The notes below the pieces were generated by a model that was given only the letters and a program-made list of their open reading frames with translations, did no database searches and was not told the origin of the DNA. Below, in pieces: positions 11,712-31,700 of a stretch of 64,000 nt of DNA; the first letter of the stretch is position 1; each line of letters starts with the position of its first letter. The stretch comes from Macrostomum lignano (Eukaryota): contig NIVC01000175.1 in assembly GCA_002269645.1 (NCBI GenBank), forward strand, positions 310,001 to 374,000, read 5' to 3'. The translations under genes and the position numbers were made by a program.

Positions 11712-14700
11712 ATGAATATTAGTAAGCTTCCTATTAAAGAGCTTTCAATTCAAATAGATTCAAGTCTGTTGGAACCCAATTGCATTGGAATTGACTTTGG
11801 TAAGTCAGCAAAATTTGGGCGCCAGTTTGAGTGGTTCAATGCCATTTATGCTGTTGGGTGCCACTTACACTATCTACGTGTCATTCTTACTTGTTGAGTC
11901 GATTCACACTGCCATCAAATGAGCCAAAAAATTACATGACCAATGTACGAGCTACACAGGGATAAATTTTGGTGTACAAGTCGTGTGATCACACGAAATC
12001 TGGCCATATTTCATGGCTGTGTGAGCCAGCAAATTGGATGTCATGTTAGTTTATAAATGGTACTCATCTAGAGACAAAAACTGAGTGCTTCGTGTATTTT
12101 GTCGTAGACAGTAATAATGAAATATCAAACAGCGCTGATTTTTAGTTTGAGTCTTGAGATCAGCATACAACAAATGGGATGTCATTTATAGTTCTCGTAG
12201 TTTCATGTACGCTACCGTTGCTTTAATATCTCTTCGCAACCTATATTACATTTTCAATCGACTGCAAGGCACTGAACGCACAAAGCTTGCGTACCCTTCG
12301 GCCTGCATCGATTCCGAATCTACTAAAAAGTACACCGCGAACTTTGCAACTTTCGAGACCTACGAAAAGACCGGCGCTGAAGTTTTAATTAAATACTTAA
12401 CTGATAAACTACCTGATTTAAAGTCTGACTCCAGCAGCGGCCGCAAAAACTGGAAGGTGCGAGTAACGGGAGCCAGGGCTACCCAAGCTGCCGCGGACTC
12501 GATAAAACAACAATTGGGACTCGAGTGAGGACTTTGGGACTTTGTGTACTAGCTAGCTAGCAAGTAGAATCGTATCATGACTTGTTTCCCCGGCTGGCAG
12601 AAAGAAAATCGAGCCCGTTAATGGCCATAGACATGTTATAACCCACCTAAAGCATTAGCAACTACCAAAAACTCAGCCAGCTACCATAGACAACTTGCAA
12701 ATAACCTTTTCGGGACACTTGATTAAATTTGCGCTTAAGAACGATTTGTTTGTTGTAATCACAGAGTTGCAAATCAAAATTCTGAGTAGCCTACTCTTCT
12801 GGTGAAACAAGTTAGTAGAAATATCAGCAAATGGATGTAGATAAAGGCTTAAGTAATTTTGTAGATTAAATTGCAATGGAAATGGGTATTTGAAATGCCT
12901 GTTTGTGGTCAGACATAGCATTCAGTCGTCATTTTCCTGTGTGGGCCTTGTTATCTAATAGTTAGCAAAGTTACAATTTGTCTATTCCTAGCAGTAGCTG
13001 AAGCGCATATGTTTTTTCTCCCTAAAACATATTCAAAGTACAAAGTCAGAAAAAAACTCAAACAAAGCATCCAGTGAGAATCGTTTCAATTTTATTTATA
13101 GGATCAGCTTTGTCGATGAGGCATCGAGCCAGTGTCGTGGCGCCAGCTTTCTGATGACTCGCTGCGATTCCGCCGACACCGCCTACCCGGCGCCGTTCAT
13201 TGACCCCGCCGAGTTCGCCGGTCTGGAGCACGGCGAGACATTTAAGAAGTTTAACGAAGCTCAAGTCGACCTCATGTCCGGCGACTCAAAATTTCCCTGC
13301 CTGTTGGGCGTGTTTGGCTCAATTTGTCGGGTGTTCTTAGTGAGTGCTTGAGCTCGTGCAGTTTCGTCTATTTATATTTCAGTTTTATTTACGCCTGTGA
13401 AGATTTCTCTCCATCTCACTCCCCTATTCCAATCTCCATCTCACTCCCCTATCCCAATCTCCATCTCACTCCCCAATCCCAATCTCCATCTCACTCCCCT
13501 ATCTTAATCTCCATCTCACTCCCCAATCCCAATCTCCATCTCACTCCCCTATCCAAATCCCATCTCACTCCCCTATCCCAATCATCTCACTCCCCAATCC
13601 CAATCTCCATCTCACTCCCCTATCCCAATCTCCATCTCACTCCCCTATCCCAATGTCCATCTCACTCCCCAATCCCAATCTCCATCTCACTCCCCTATCC
13701 CAATCCCTATCTCACTCCCCTATCCAATCTCCATCTCATTCCCCTATCCTATCCTAATCTCCATCTCATTCCCCTATCCTATCCCAATCTCCATCTCACT
13801 CTCCTATCCAACTCCAATCTCATCTCAGTCCCTATCCTAATCTTCATCTCACTCTCTGCCTTACTGTCGATCTCTATTGGAAAATATGTCTAGAGACAAC
13901 TCAAAGTAAATATTTTTAAATGTTTGCATTTCTACTTACAGCAGTAGCGTAGTAAGTAGTTAGAAGAAAAATATTTTCTCTATAATTAACTCTCAGTTGC
14001 AGGAAGATGGTCGGGGCGAAGAGGTGCACACGCAAAATCTGTCTGGCAAGAGCTTCTTAGGCATCTGCCAGTTGTTCACCGGGGTCAGCGACTACTCAGC
14101 GCTGATGTCCATGGCGGCTGCTGGCAAGCGGGGCAACATCGACTCGCAGATCCGCGATCTGCTGGCTGACATGAAGAACTCTCCGTACGGACGTCTGCCC
14201 CCATCTCTTGCCGTGTTTCCGTTTGGCAAGGCAGTTGACAACGACAAATCTTGTGAGCGGGTTGACAGCCACGCTGTCAGTTATACTGTCACACTGTCAT
14301 CTATACTGTCATGCTGTCACCTATACTGTCATGCTGTCATCTATACTGTCATACTGTCATCTATACTGTCATGCCGTCATCTATACTATCATGCTGTCAT
14401 CTATACTGTCATACTGTCATCAATACTGTCATACTGTCATCTATGCTGTCATATTGTCATCTATACTGTCACTGTCATCTATACTGTCATGCTGTTATCC
14501 ATACCGTCACGCTGTCATCTAAACTGTCATACTGTCACATATCCTATCATACTGTCATCTATACTGTCATGCTGTCATCTATACTGTCATACTGTCACCT
14601 ATACTGTCATACTGTTATCTATACTCTCACACTGTCATCCATACTGTCATTCTGTCATCTATACTGTCACACTGTCATCTATAAAACTGTCATGCTGTCA

Positions 14701-16928
14701 TCTATACTGTCATGCTGTCATCTATACTGTCACACTGCCATCTATACTGTCACTGTCATCTATACTGTCATGCTGTCATCTATACTATCATGCTGTCATC
14801 TATACTGTCATACTGTCATCTAAACTGTCATACTGTCATCTATGCTGTCATACTGTCATCTATACTGTCATGCTGTCATCCATACCGTCACGCTGTCATC
14901 TAAACTGTCACTGTCATCTATACTGTCATGCTGTCATCTATACTATCATGCTGTCATCTATACTGTCATACTGTCATCTATACTGTCATACTGTCATCTA
15001 TGCTGTCATACTGTCATCTATACTGTCACTGTCATCTATACTGTCATACTGTCATCTATACTGTCATGCTGTCATCCATACCGTCACGCTGTCATCTAAA
15101 CTGTCATACTGTTATCTATACTGTCATGCCGTCACCTATCCTGTCATACTGTCATCTATACTGTCACTGTCATCTATACTGTCATACTGTCATCTATACT
15201 ATCATGCTGTCATCTATACTGTCATACTGTCACATATCCTATCATACTGTCATCTATTCTGTTATGCTGTCATCTATACTGTCATGCTGTCATCTGTACT
15301 GTCACGCTGTCGTCTATACTTTCATACTGTCATCCATACTGTCATACTGTCATCTATTCTGTTATGCTGTCATATATACTGTCACACTGTCATCTATTCT
15401 GTTATGCTGTCATTCACCCACCCATTTATTCTTTCTGCTAATTGGTATGTCTAGAAAAGCGGAAAACTATAGGCGCACCTCAGCCCTCTTTGAAAGTGAA
15501 TTCCAATGCAACTCGTCAATCGCACTAATTAGCAGTTCTACTAATCCACTTATTGCAAATAATCCAACCTGCTCAAAAAAATTAATTTTCCAGTCGAAGA
15601 CACCCGACCGCAAGACCTGGTCCATTCCCTGGTGGCCACTTTTACGTCTAATCTCATCTACACAGTCACCCAGATGGCCCTGTTTTACAGAGCCCGGAGT
15701 ATTCGATTCGCTGGCGGCTTTTTTAACCACGAATGTCCTCGGGCCGAGCTGATCAAGACTGGCAAATTATTCACCGCCATTGTGAGCGACTGGCTTGCTG
15801 TATGGGACACTGGGAGGACACTGGGAGGACACTGGGAGGACACTGGGAGGACACTGGGAGGACACTGGGAGGACACTGGGAGGACACTGGGAGGACACTG
15901 GGAGGACTAGGGGAAGAGATGGGGAGGCAGGAGAGATGGGGAGACAGGTGAGATGGGGAGACAAGTGAGATGGGGAGGCAGGTGAGATGGGGAGACAGGT
16001 GAGATGGGGAGACAGGTGCGATTGGGAGACAGGAGAAATGAGATAGGTGAGAAGAGACAGGTGAGATGGGGAGGCAGGTGAGATGGGGAGGCAGGTGAGA
16101 TGGGGAGGCAGGAGAGATGGGGAGACAGGTGAGATGGGGAGACAGGTGAGATGGGGAGGCAGGAGAGATGGGGAGACAGGTGAGATGGGGAGGCAGGAGA
16201 GATGGGGAGACAGGTGAGATGGGGAGACAGGTGAGATGGGGAGACAGGTGAGATGGGGAGGCAGGAGAGATGGGGAGACAGGTGAGATGGGGAGGCAGGA
16301 GAGATGGGGAGACAGGTGAGATGGGGAGGCAGGTGAGATGGGGAGGCAGGAGAGATGGGGAGACAGGTGAGATGGGGAGACAGGTGAGATGGGGAGGCAG
16401 GAGAGATGGGGAGACAGGTGAGATGGGGAGGCAGGAGAGATGGGGAGGCAGGTGAGATGGGGAGACAGGTGAGATGGGGAGACAGGTGAGATGGGGAGGC
16501 AGGAGAGATGGGAAGACAGGTGCGATTGGGAGACAGGAGAAATGAGATAGGTGAGAAGAGACAGGTGAGATGAGATAGGAGATGGGACAGGTGAGATGAG
16601 ACGGGTGAGATGAGACGGGTGAGATGAGACGGGTGAGATGAGACAGGAGAGATGAAAAAATTCAGATAAGACAGGGAGATGAAATAGGTGAGTAGGGATG
16701 TCTAAGGCAAATAATGCCAGATGATTAAAACTTGATTTAGCTTAACTTTAACCATAGCATTCAATTTATATTAAACAGAAAGCCCTTTCAACTGAATCGA
16801 ATTTGAATTCCAAAATCATTCACCACACATTCAAACTTTGCACCGTTCAGGACTCGATGGACGTGGAATTTTTCAAGATTGACCAAATCGCGGCTCTGGG
16901 GGCGATGCTGCGAGAAATTTCTACATAG
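11712..16928 (+). CDS. Type II pantothenate kinase-fold (Fumble/PanK-like) protein, 367 aa; exons 11712-11799, 12269-12524, 13102-13339, 13997-14252, 15594-15781, 16851-16928
   Basis: All five introns are GT-AG with matching phases (1,2,0,1,0); spliced length 1104 nt with no internal stop. Collinear with PANK3: IGIDFGTERTKLAY, VTGARA, VDE..QCRGASFL, FPCLLGVFGS, SFLGICQLFTG, QDLVHSL, FAGGFF, ALGAML. Confidence 0.85.
13406..13850. repeat. 25-bp minisatellite in PanK-like intron 3
   Basis: Unit TCTCCATCTCACTCCCCTATCCCAA. Confidence 0.92.
14283..15412. repeat. About 20-bp minisatellite in PanK-like intron 4
   Basis: Unit ACTGTCATCTATACTGTCAT with variants. Confidence 0.95.
15804..16660. repeat. 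Adjacent 11-bp and 17-bp minisatellites in PanK-like intron 5
   Basis: GGACACTGGGA to about 15905, then GAGATGGGGAGACAGGT variants. Confidence 0.95.
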
Positions 16929-17059
16929 CAGGCCCCGGCTGTTTTTGATTGACAATTTTATTACCGCGGTTTTAGTAATTAAATTAAAATTACTAGAAAA
17001 AACACTTACTATTATTTAAGAAATTTCTGGATATTTTACAGTCTGTTTACTCCCTCCCC

Positions 17060-18300
17060 AGTTTCTCCGCCCTCTCCCCGTCTTTCCGCCCCTTCCCCGT
17101 CTTTCCGCCCTCTGCCCGTCTTTCCGCCCTCTCCTCGTCTTTCCGCCCTCTCCCCGTCTTTCCGCCCTCCCTCCTTTTCCGCCCTCTCCCCGTCTTTCCG
17201 CCCTCCCTCCTTTTCCGCCCTCTCCCCGTCTTTCCGCCCTCCCCCCGTCTTTTCGCTCTCTCCCCGTCTGTCCGCCCTCTCCCCGTCTGTCCGCCCTCTC
17301 CCCGTCTGTCCGCCCTCTCCCCGTCTGTCCGCCCTCTCCCCGTCTGTCCGCCCTCTCCCCGTCTGTCCGCTCTCTCCCCGTCTCTCCGCCCTCTCCCCGT
17401 CTTTCCGCCCTCTCCCCGTCTGTCCGCCCTCTCCTCGTCTTTCCGCCCTCTCCTCGTCTTTCCGCCCTCTCCCCGTCTTTCCGCCCTCTCCCCGTCTTTC
17501 CGCCCTCTCCGCGTCTGTCCGCCCTCTCCCCGTCTTTCCGCCCTCTCCTCGTCTTTCCGCCCTCTCCCCGTCTTTCCGCCCTCTCCTCGTCTTTCCGCCC
17601 TCTCCCCGTCTTTCCGCTCTCTTCCTGTCTTTCCGCCCTCTACCCGTCTCTCGGCCCTCTACCCATCTCTCCGCCCTCTCCCTCCCCGTCTGTCCGCCCT
17701 CTCCATCTCCGTCTTTCCGCCCTCTCCCCGTCTTTCCGCCCTCTCCCCGTCTTTCCGCCCTCTCCATCCCCGTCTTTCCGCCCTCTCCCCGTCTTTCCGC
17801 CCTCTCCCCGTCTTTCCGCCCTCTCCCCGTCTTTCCGCCCTCTCCGCGTCTGTCCGCCCTCTCCCCGTCTTTCCGCCCTCTCCCCGTCTTTCCGCCCTCT
17901 CCCCGTCTTTCCGCCCTCTCCCCGTCTTTCCGCCCTCTCCCCGTCTTTCCGCTCTCTTCCTGTCTTTCCGCCCTCTACCCGTCTCTCGGCCCTCTACCCA
18001 TCTCTCCGCCCTCTCCCTCCCCGTCTGTCCGCCCTCTCCATCCCCGTCTTTCCGCCCTCTCCCCGTCTTTCCGCCCTCTCCCCGTCTTTCCGCCCTCTCC
18101 TCGTCTTTCCGCCCTCTCCCCGTCTTTCCGCTCTCTTCCTGTCTTTCCGCCCTCTACCCGTCTCTCGGCCCTCTACCCATCTCTCCGCCCTCTCCCTCCC
18201 CGTCTGTCCGCCCTCTCCATCCCCGTCTTTCCGCCCTCTCCCCGTCTTTCCGCCCTCTCCCCGTCTCTCCGCCCTCTCCCTGTCTGTCCGCCCTCTCTCT
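17060..18300. repeat. 19-bp minisatellite
   Basis: Unit TCTTTCCGCCCTCTCCCCG. Confidence 0.95.
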
Positions 18301-19344
18301 TTTCATTTCCCAAAGCTTCATATACTTTCCAAGCCCCTCAACTTGAACCATGATTTTTAATTAGTCTCATTATTTCCTGCAATATCAATAAAAAAATCGA
18401 AATTCTCACTTTGATTTCATTAATAGTAAATACAGTTTCAAAACATGTTTTTCTTATTTTAACATCTAATGACAGCTAGTTCAACTGATGAAGTAGGCAT
18501 TGTTTTCTGAACTCTCTCTTCTTTAGCTAAATACGCACTGCTCTTCTGCAGCTTAAGCCAACCTCAGCCTAAAGGCCGCGGTAATTAATATTGCATAAGG
18601 CGGAGGGCATCGGGCTGGGGTCCGGTGAGTAGACAAAAAAACCCAGTCCGCCGCAAGCTCCCAACTCCCTGGTGAGTTCTCGTCGAGCTCTGAAAAAAGT
18701 CGATGAAAAATAAAAAAGAGAAAAGTAGAAAGTCAACCGCTGGGTCTTGCCGGGGACACCCGGACAGCTGCTGACGGGAGCTCAAGAATGACAGATGGGC
18801 TCCGGCTTACTTGACGAAAGTTGGTCTTTATCTTAGTCGCTCATCTCTACGCTATGGGATCTCATCCATGGGAGAAGAATTAAGATAAATATACACAACC
18901 ATCCGGGGGTGCTGCGGACACGGGGTCTCCTTCCCTTGCCTTCATCAAAAAAGAAACTAGAAAGAGAGAAGCTTATTGATTTTCTAGTTTGCCTCTCTGC
19001 GCTCAAGATGAGGCTTATGGAGTTTGAGAACAACATTTGACTTTATGGCTTACCCGCCAACTACTACTATAATATTTACTTGGAACTTCAGAAGCACCCA
19101 TTGTTAATGATTACGTTAGCTATTAGCTATGTGGGTATGAAAATATCTGATAGAAATTTGATGGCAAACCCCGCTGCATGACCGTGCAGTCCGAGTATGC
19201 AGTGAGTGATTCAATTTTACCGTGAAGATGCCCACAAACTCCCAATGAGTTGGAGTGATTGTGGGAGGAGGGAAAGGGAGGGAGAGAGCTGTTTGGACTT
19301 TTGCTTGGAATTCTGTCTTTTGGCCATCTTCATTCTGCTGGAGT

Positions 19345-19790
19345 ACTATCCAACTGTCTGTCTACCCGACTGTCTGTCTACCCGACTGTCTATCTACCCG
19401 ACTGTCTATCTACCCAACTGTCTATCTACCCGACTGTCTGTCTACCCGACTGTCTATCTACCCGACTGTCTGTCTACCCGACTGTCTATCTACCCAACTA
19501 TCTACACGACTGTCTATCTACCCGACTGTCTATCTACCCAACTGTCTATCTACCCGACTGTCTGTCTACCCGACTGTCTATCTACCCGACTGTCTGTCTA
19601 CCCGACTGTCTATCTACCCAACTATCTACACGACTGTCTATCTACTCGACTATCCATCTACCCGACTATCTATCCCCCGGACGATCTAACCAAATCTACT
19701 ACATATGTATTTTATTATTTAAAGAACCTATCTATCTAACCGTCTATCTGCCTGACTAAATACCCTAGCTACCTCTACCAACCGTCTATC
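19345..19790. repeat. 16-bp minisatellite
   Basis: Unit CTATCTACCCGACTGT. Confidence 0.92.
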
Positions 19791-20250
19791 TACTCATCTA
19801 TCAATCCAGATATTTAGATCCTTTCTATTAACCTAATCTAATCCACTCGCATCACTTGCATCAGCAGTCATAAAAAATAATAAAAAAGACTTAACTGAAC
19901 GCAAAAAGTTTCTTTATTAAACAGATCAAAAACTAAGGTAACTTAAATCGCTGCATGAATCTGTTTTTTAAAGGTAAGCTAAAATATGAAAATTATGACC
20001 ACGCGACATTGTTTTTATTCGTGTTAAATGTATCGAGGCAATCTCATCATTAAAGAGAATCAAATGAGAAGTTGAAGAGAGCCAAGTGGCCCATCGTTCA
20101 GCTGGTATATTTAGCTAGAAATTAGTAGCAAAACATTTTCATGTTCGGAAAAATTGTACATTTTGGTAAATGTAAGTTTCAATGTTCGCATGGTGGACAA
20201 AAACTGGATAGAAGGGTGATAGCCAACAGTGACAGGGTGCCTAAATACAG

Positions 20251-20251
20251 T

Positions 20252-20328
<77 letters not shown>

Positions 20329-20396
20329 CACAGAAAGACAGACAGACAGACAGACACACAGACAGACAGACAGACATACAGACAGACAGACAGTCG

Positions 20397-20452
<56 letters not shown>

Positions 20453-20456
20453 GTCG

Positions 20457-20516
<60 letters not shown>

Positions 20517-20520
20517 GGCA
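20251..20520. repeat. (GACA)n microsatellite
   Basis: Direct reading. Confidence 0.97.
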
Positions 20521-20879
20521 GTCTGAATGAGGCATTTTTAAAACAATGTTGTCATGGATGTTATGAACACATTGAGCGTACAGCATTATTAAAACAACTT
20601 TGTCAGAAGTGAACGTTTGTACGCAATTGCAATCAAAGAATGAAAACACGAGTTATAATAGTGTTTGCATAGCACGGAATTAAATGAAATTTCTAAATGA
20701 ACTAAATAAGTAATAACAGTGCGACATGATCAACCTGACAACCCGAGGTATTGGTTTTTTGTTATAATTTTTGGCGAATGACCTGTTATGGTCAGATTGT
20801 ATCTGTCTCTCTGTGTATCTGACCCATATTTATTCTTACCTTCGTATTTTCTCTGACGCTGACTCGGACTATCTGATTT

Positions 20880-21170
20880 TATCACTATCTGACTCTCACA
20901 CTAGCTGACTGTCACACTAGCTGACTCTCACACTATCTGACTCTCTCACTATCTGACTCTCTCACTATCTGACTCTCTCACTATCTGACTCCTCTCACTA
21001 TCTGACTCTCACAATATCTGACTCTCTCAATATCTGACTCTCACACTATCTGACTCTCAATATCTGACTCTCACACTTTCTGACTCTCAATATCTGACTC
21101 TCTCAATATCTGACTCTCTGACTATCTCACTCTCTGACTCGTTATCTGACTCTTTCAATAAGACTTTCTG
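20880..21170. repeat. 14-16-bp minisatellite downstream of the iGluR stop
   Basis: Unit CTATCTGACTCTCA(CA). Confidence 0.88.
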
Positions 21171-21255
21171 ACTCTCTTCATTTTCCCCAAGTAGCAAGTA
21201 GCGGTTCTGTAAATGTAGAACCGAAACGCATGAAAAAATAGTTTGAAATAAAAGC

Positions 21256-27752
<6,497 letters not shown>

Positions 27753-28519
27753 GACTGCTGCTGTCCCGAAGGCCAAGTCAGAATTTCACTGCTCCATTTG
27801 GCAGGCGCGTCTGCTGCATGCGGCAGGACAAGATGGAAGTCATTAATATTCAGAGCCGGCAACAGGAAGAGATGTCTACTCGGGGATCCGGAGACGAAGA
27901 GGACGCGACCTCTGAGCGGCACGCACAAGCATGCCCAGTTCCTTGCGATCTCCTCGTCTCCGATTCTGTCTTTCTTTCTCTCTGGCTCGATTTGACGCCA
28001 AATTCGATGACCCCAAAAACCGGAGGCCGGAATTAAAATTTTAAATTCCAATATACGGAAACGAATTTGAGCGAGCGAAGCAACACGACGGCTGCGTTGG
28101 CGTCTGAAATATCGGGTTGGTTGATACTCCTCTCGGATGCTCTTCCTGCTGTTTTCCTTGTGCCGGTCTTCTTTCTTGATTATTTTCTGCACCAAAGCCT
28201 GCAGAAGCGATGATGCTGCATCTCTTCTTAGGCTGGGGCCAATCATAGCTCACCTACGAAGTCCGCCCCCCTGTCACAGTGCAGCGCTATGTCCCACAAA
28301 ACTACCCAGCAACACAAACCAAGGCTCCCGCGTACTGCCCGCATTTACACGGGCAATGAAATTTGCAGAGCCTCCTGGCTCACAATAAGATTATGAATCA
28401 TTTTAATCGATGCGCTCATTTTATCCACATTACTGATGTGCATTGTTAATTTTATGCACATTTCTATTAATTTAAATCGTACTTACGCTCGTACAAATCC
28501 AGATTTTATTTGTTCACTC

Positions 28520-28710
28520 TCTTTCATCTCCCCTCTCTGTCCTCTCTCCCCTCTCTTTCCCTCTTTCTAACCCTGTCTCTCCCTCTCTCTCCTTCTCTAT
28601 CCCCTCTCCCCCATCTCTCCTCTCTCTCCCTCTCTCCCCTCTCCCCTCTCTCTCCTCTCTCTCCCTCTCCCCCTCTGTCAGTCTCTCTCCCTCTTTCTCT
28701 CTCTCAATGC
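28520..28710. repeat. CT-rich low-complexity tract
   Basis: Direct reading. Confidence 0.85.
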
Positions 28711-28763
28711 TTATTTTTGTCCAAGTCGTATTGATGAAATTTCAAAAAATTAAACGGTAACGG

Positions 28764-29070
28764 AAATGGCGCCTCCTCAAATGAAATGGCGCCCCCTCAA
28801 CTGAAATGGCGCCCACTTAAATGAAATGGCGCCCTCTCAACTGAAATGGCGCCCACTAAAATGAAATGGCGCCCTCCCAATTGAAATGGCGCCTCCTCAA
28901 ATGAAATGGCGCCCTCCAAACTGAAATGGCGCCCACTTAAATGAAATGGCGCCCTCTCAACAGAAATGGCGCCCACTAAAATGAAATGGCGCCCTCTCAA
29001 CTGAAATGGCGCCTCCTCAAATGAAATAGCGCCCTGTAAACTGAAATGGCGTCCCCTGAAATAAAATGGC
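28764..29070. repeat. 20-bp minisatellite with GGCGCC core
   Basis: Unit AAATGGCGCCYYYYMAAMTG, about 15 copies. Confidence 0.93.
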
Positions 29071-29756
29071 ACCAAGTTTTAAACCAAAACCGCATTGGGT
29101 TCTCATTAAAGAGTTCCCTTATTAAGCATATGCCGTTTGGCGGTCCTTGAACTCTGCGAGATCTCTGGAACACAGCTCGCACCGGCGAGCGCCGTACATA
29201 AGCACGCGCCATAGGAGCTCGAGCCGGTTCTCGCTGTCATCGTAATAAAACAAATTCCCCAGAGTATTTGACCGCGCGACCAAAAACTGCGACTGTCTCA
29301 TCTTTCATCCTCCGCACGCGGCTCGGCAACTCGGACTGTCCGGCCCACCAGAGTTGCCGCCTAATTAGATGCCAAATGTTTTACTTAGCAGATATGCAGT
29401 TATATTATACTAACAGTATTATATAGCGCCTAGCCCGCAGAATTCCAAATTAGGGGGGCAAGTTGTAAGCTGTGTGACTGTTGGCCCTGCGAGTATGACC
29501 GAGGTGCATCTACCATTGCAACGGGGTTAATAAAGTACATCTGTGTGTGTGCGAGGGTTCGGAGGAATTATTTAAAGCTATAGATCGTATAAAATAGGAA
29601 ATTGGGCCAATTAAAACTTTATAAAATCGATATTTTTTTAAGTCAGTTTTGTTTTGTCAAGATTTCTCAAGAAATACATTTAGCAGGTCTGATTGTGATA
29701 AACTTCTGCCCACTAAACATTGCACAACTGGAAGAACTTCGCCAAGTTACCCAAGC

Positions 29757-30175
29757 AACCAAGAGACAGGGGCGCCCACCAAGAGACAGGGGCGCCCACC
29801 CCAAGAGACAGGGGCGCCCACCAAGAGACAGGGGCGCCCAATAAAGAGACACGGGCGCCCACCAAGAGACAGGGGCGCCTACCAAAGAGACAGGGGCGCC
29901 TACCAAAGAGACAGGGGCGCCCACCAAGAGACAGGGGCGCCCACCAAGAGACAGGGGCGCCCACCAAGAGACAGGGGCGCCCACCAAGAGACAGGGGCGC
30001 CCACCAAGAGACAGGGGCGCCCACCAAGAGACAGGGGCGCCCACCAAGAGACAGGGGCGCCCACCAAGAGACAGGGGCGCCCACCAAGAGACAGGGGCGC
30101 CCACCAAGAGACAGGGGCGCCCACCAAGAGACAGGGGCGCCCACCAAGAGACAGGGGCGCTTACCAAGAGACAGA
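29757..30175 (+). repeat. 19-bp minisatellite (same family as 47735-48565, opposite orientation)
   Basis: Unit CACCAAGAGACAGGGGCGC. Confidence 0.95.
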
Positions 30176-30258
30176 GGGCTAAACTAGAGCGGCGCTCTGA
30201 TGTGCCAGCGGCCCAGGCTCGATTCCAACTGCAGTCACCTTATAATTTGGGTCTAAAA

Positions 30259-30475
30259 TGGAATCTCGGCTTGGCTCTGCTCGTGCAATTAACGCCCAAC
30301 TTGATGGCCAACCCCCAAGGCACAGTGAAGTGTACATGCCTAACGATAAATAAAGTTAGGGCTGCTGTACACTCCTGTGTGAGTGTGTGCCTGTGCGTAT
30401 GACTACTCAGGGGAGTCGGCGGAATGGGCAGTAATGCCTCTCGCCGGTTGTGTGTGACAATGTCGCTTGAAGTGC
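30259..30475. mobile_element. Dispersed about 215-bp repeat, copy 1 (SINE/MITE-like)
   Basis: Closely matches 39027-39239 with shared ends TGGAATCTCGGCTTGG...GCTTGAAGTGC. Confidence 0.8.
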
Positions 30476-31700
30476 GACTGCCTCAAATAAAAACCCGAAG
30501 CACACAGTCATGACTGACGCCGTTTCAGAGGCGTGCAAAAAAGGATAATTAGCTCGCTTGATCCCCTATAGTCGTTTTAAGTCTTTTTACCGTTTTATCC
30601 ACTTAATTAGGCGTTGCAATCTCTCTATGCATATCATATCTATGCAAATGGCTAATTAGACTGATTGACTGCTTCTCATTTTCTTTTTTTGCTTTGCCCC
30701 CATGACCTATAATGAATTCTGGAGCTTTGGCGAAGTCTGAACTGAGTAGAGAAGAGATGGATGGACTTGAGCTGAGTAGATGAATGATAAATCGTCAATC
30801 TTTGACAAATGATATGGATCAAATTGAAGAACTTTCATGTACAGACGCAGTCGATGATAAATCGTTGTTCGGGCTGCCGCTGGCTCCTGAGCACACACAA
30901 GCGCGCCAGTACTGTACGCAGGCACGAACTCATACACCAAGGACTACTCAAGTATTCCTTGAGTATCATCTTTTGATATAATATTCCTTTTTATTCCTCT
31001 GAACTTCTAATTGCCAGGCATGGTACACTCGCTCTCTCTGTGCCGTGGAAGAAATCACACGACAGCTTCCTTGGTCAACACTATTCTCCGCTCAAACGGA
31101 ATCGAACCAAGGACCATGGCGCGAGAGTCAGAACAGTTGTCCTGGTAAACTAATGACCCAAAATGCACGCATCCATAAAAACATCGCGAACTCATTTGAC
31201 CTTCACCAAACTTTTCACAGAGCCTTCAAAAACTGCTAATTGATGGAGGTCCCGGGAAAAATCAATGATTTTAAGAAACAATTAGGAAAGAAATTTCCAA
31301 AAAAGACGCGCAAAGTTTTTTCCCTGCAAATTGACAAATGTTCCTGCTAATTTACTATTTCTGTCATTTTGTTTTTCATTCACTACTGCCCATCAGTAGC
31401 ATGATCGTGTTTTTTTGCAATTTCTGCAGATGACTTATTTTCTTGTCAATAAATACAAAAAAAATCAAAATGGACAAGATGCTTTAGTCTGAATGTTTTT
31501 GGAAGCATACAATTTTCCAAGCAAGGCATGCTGTTTAAATCATTATATTATATTTAAACTACGAATAAGTTACACAATTTAGAATCATTACTTATTAAAA
31601 TTACAAGACGCACATACTTTCTACTAATATGCACAATCTACTTTACTAACCAACAATATCGCGAATATCTATCATCCATGCTGACATTAACGAGCGTACT

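Noticed and set aside
13997-15752. 485-aa and 274-aa Cys/His/Tyr-rich ORFs resembling metal-binding repeat proteins
   Set aside because: They are PanK-like exon 4 running past the GTGAGC donor at 14253 into an intronic minisatellite that lacks stops; PanK homology resumes at 15594.
18540-19200. Higher-complexity intergenic stretch, also at 36960-37900, as hidden exons or RNA genes
   Set aside because: No consistent reading frame, splice pair or recognisable tRNA/snRNA motif found.
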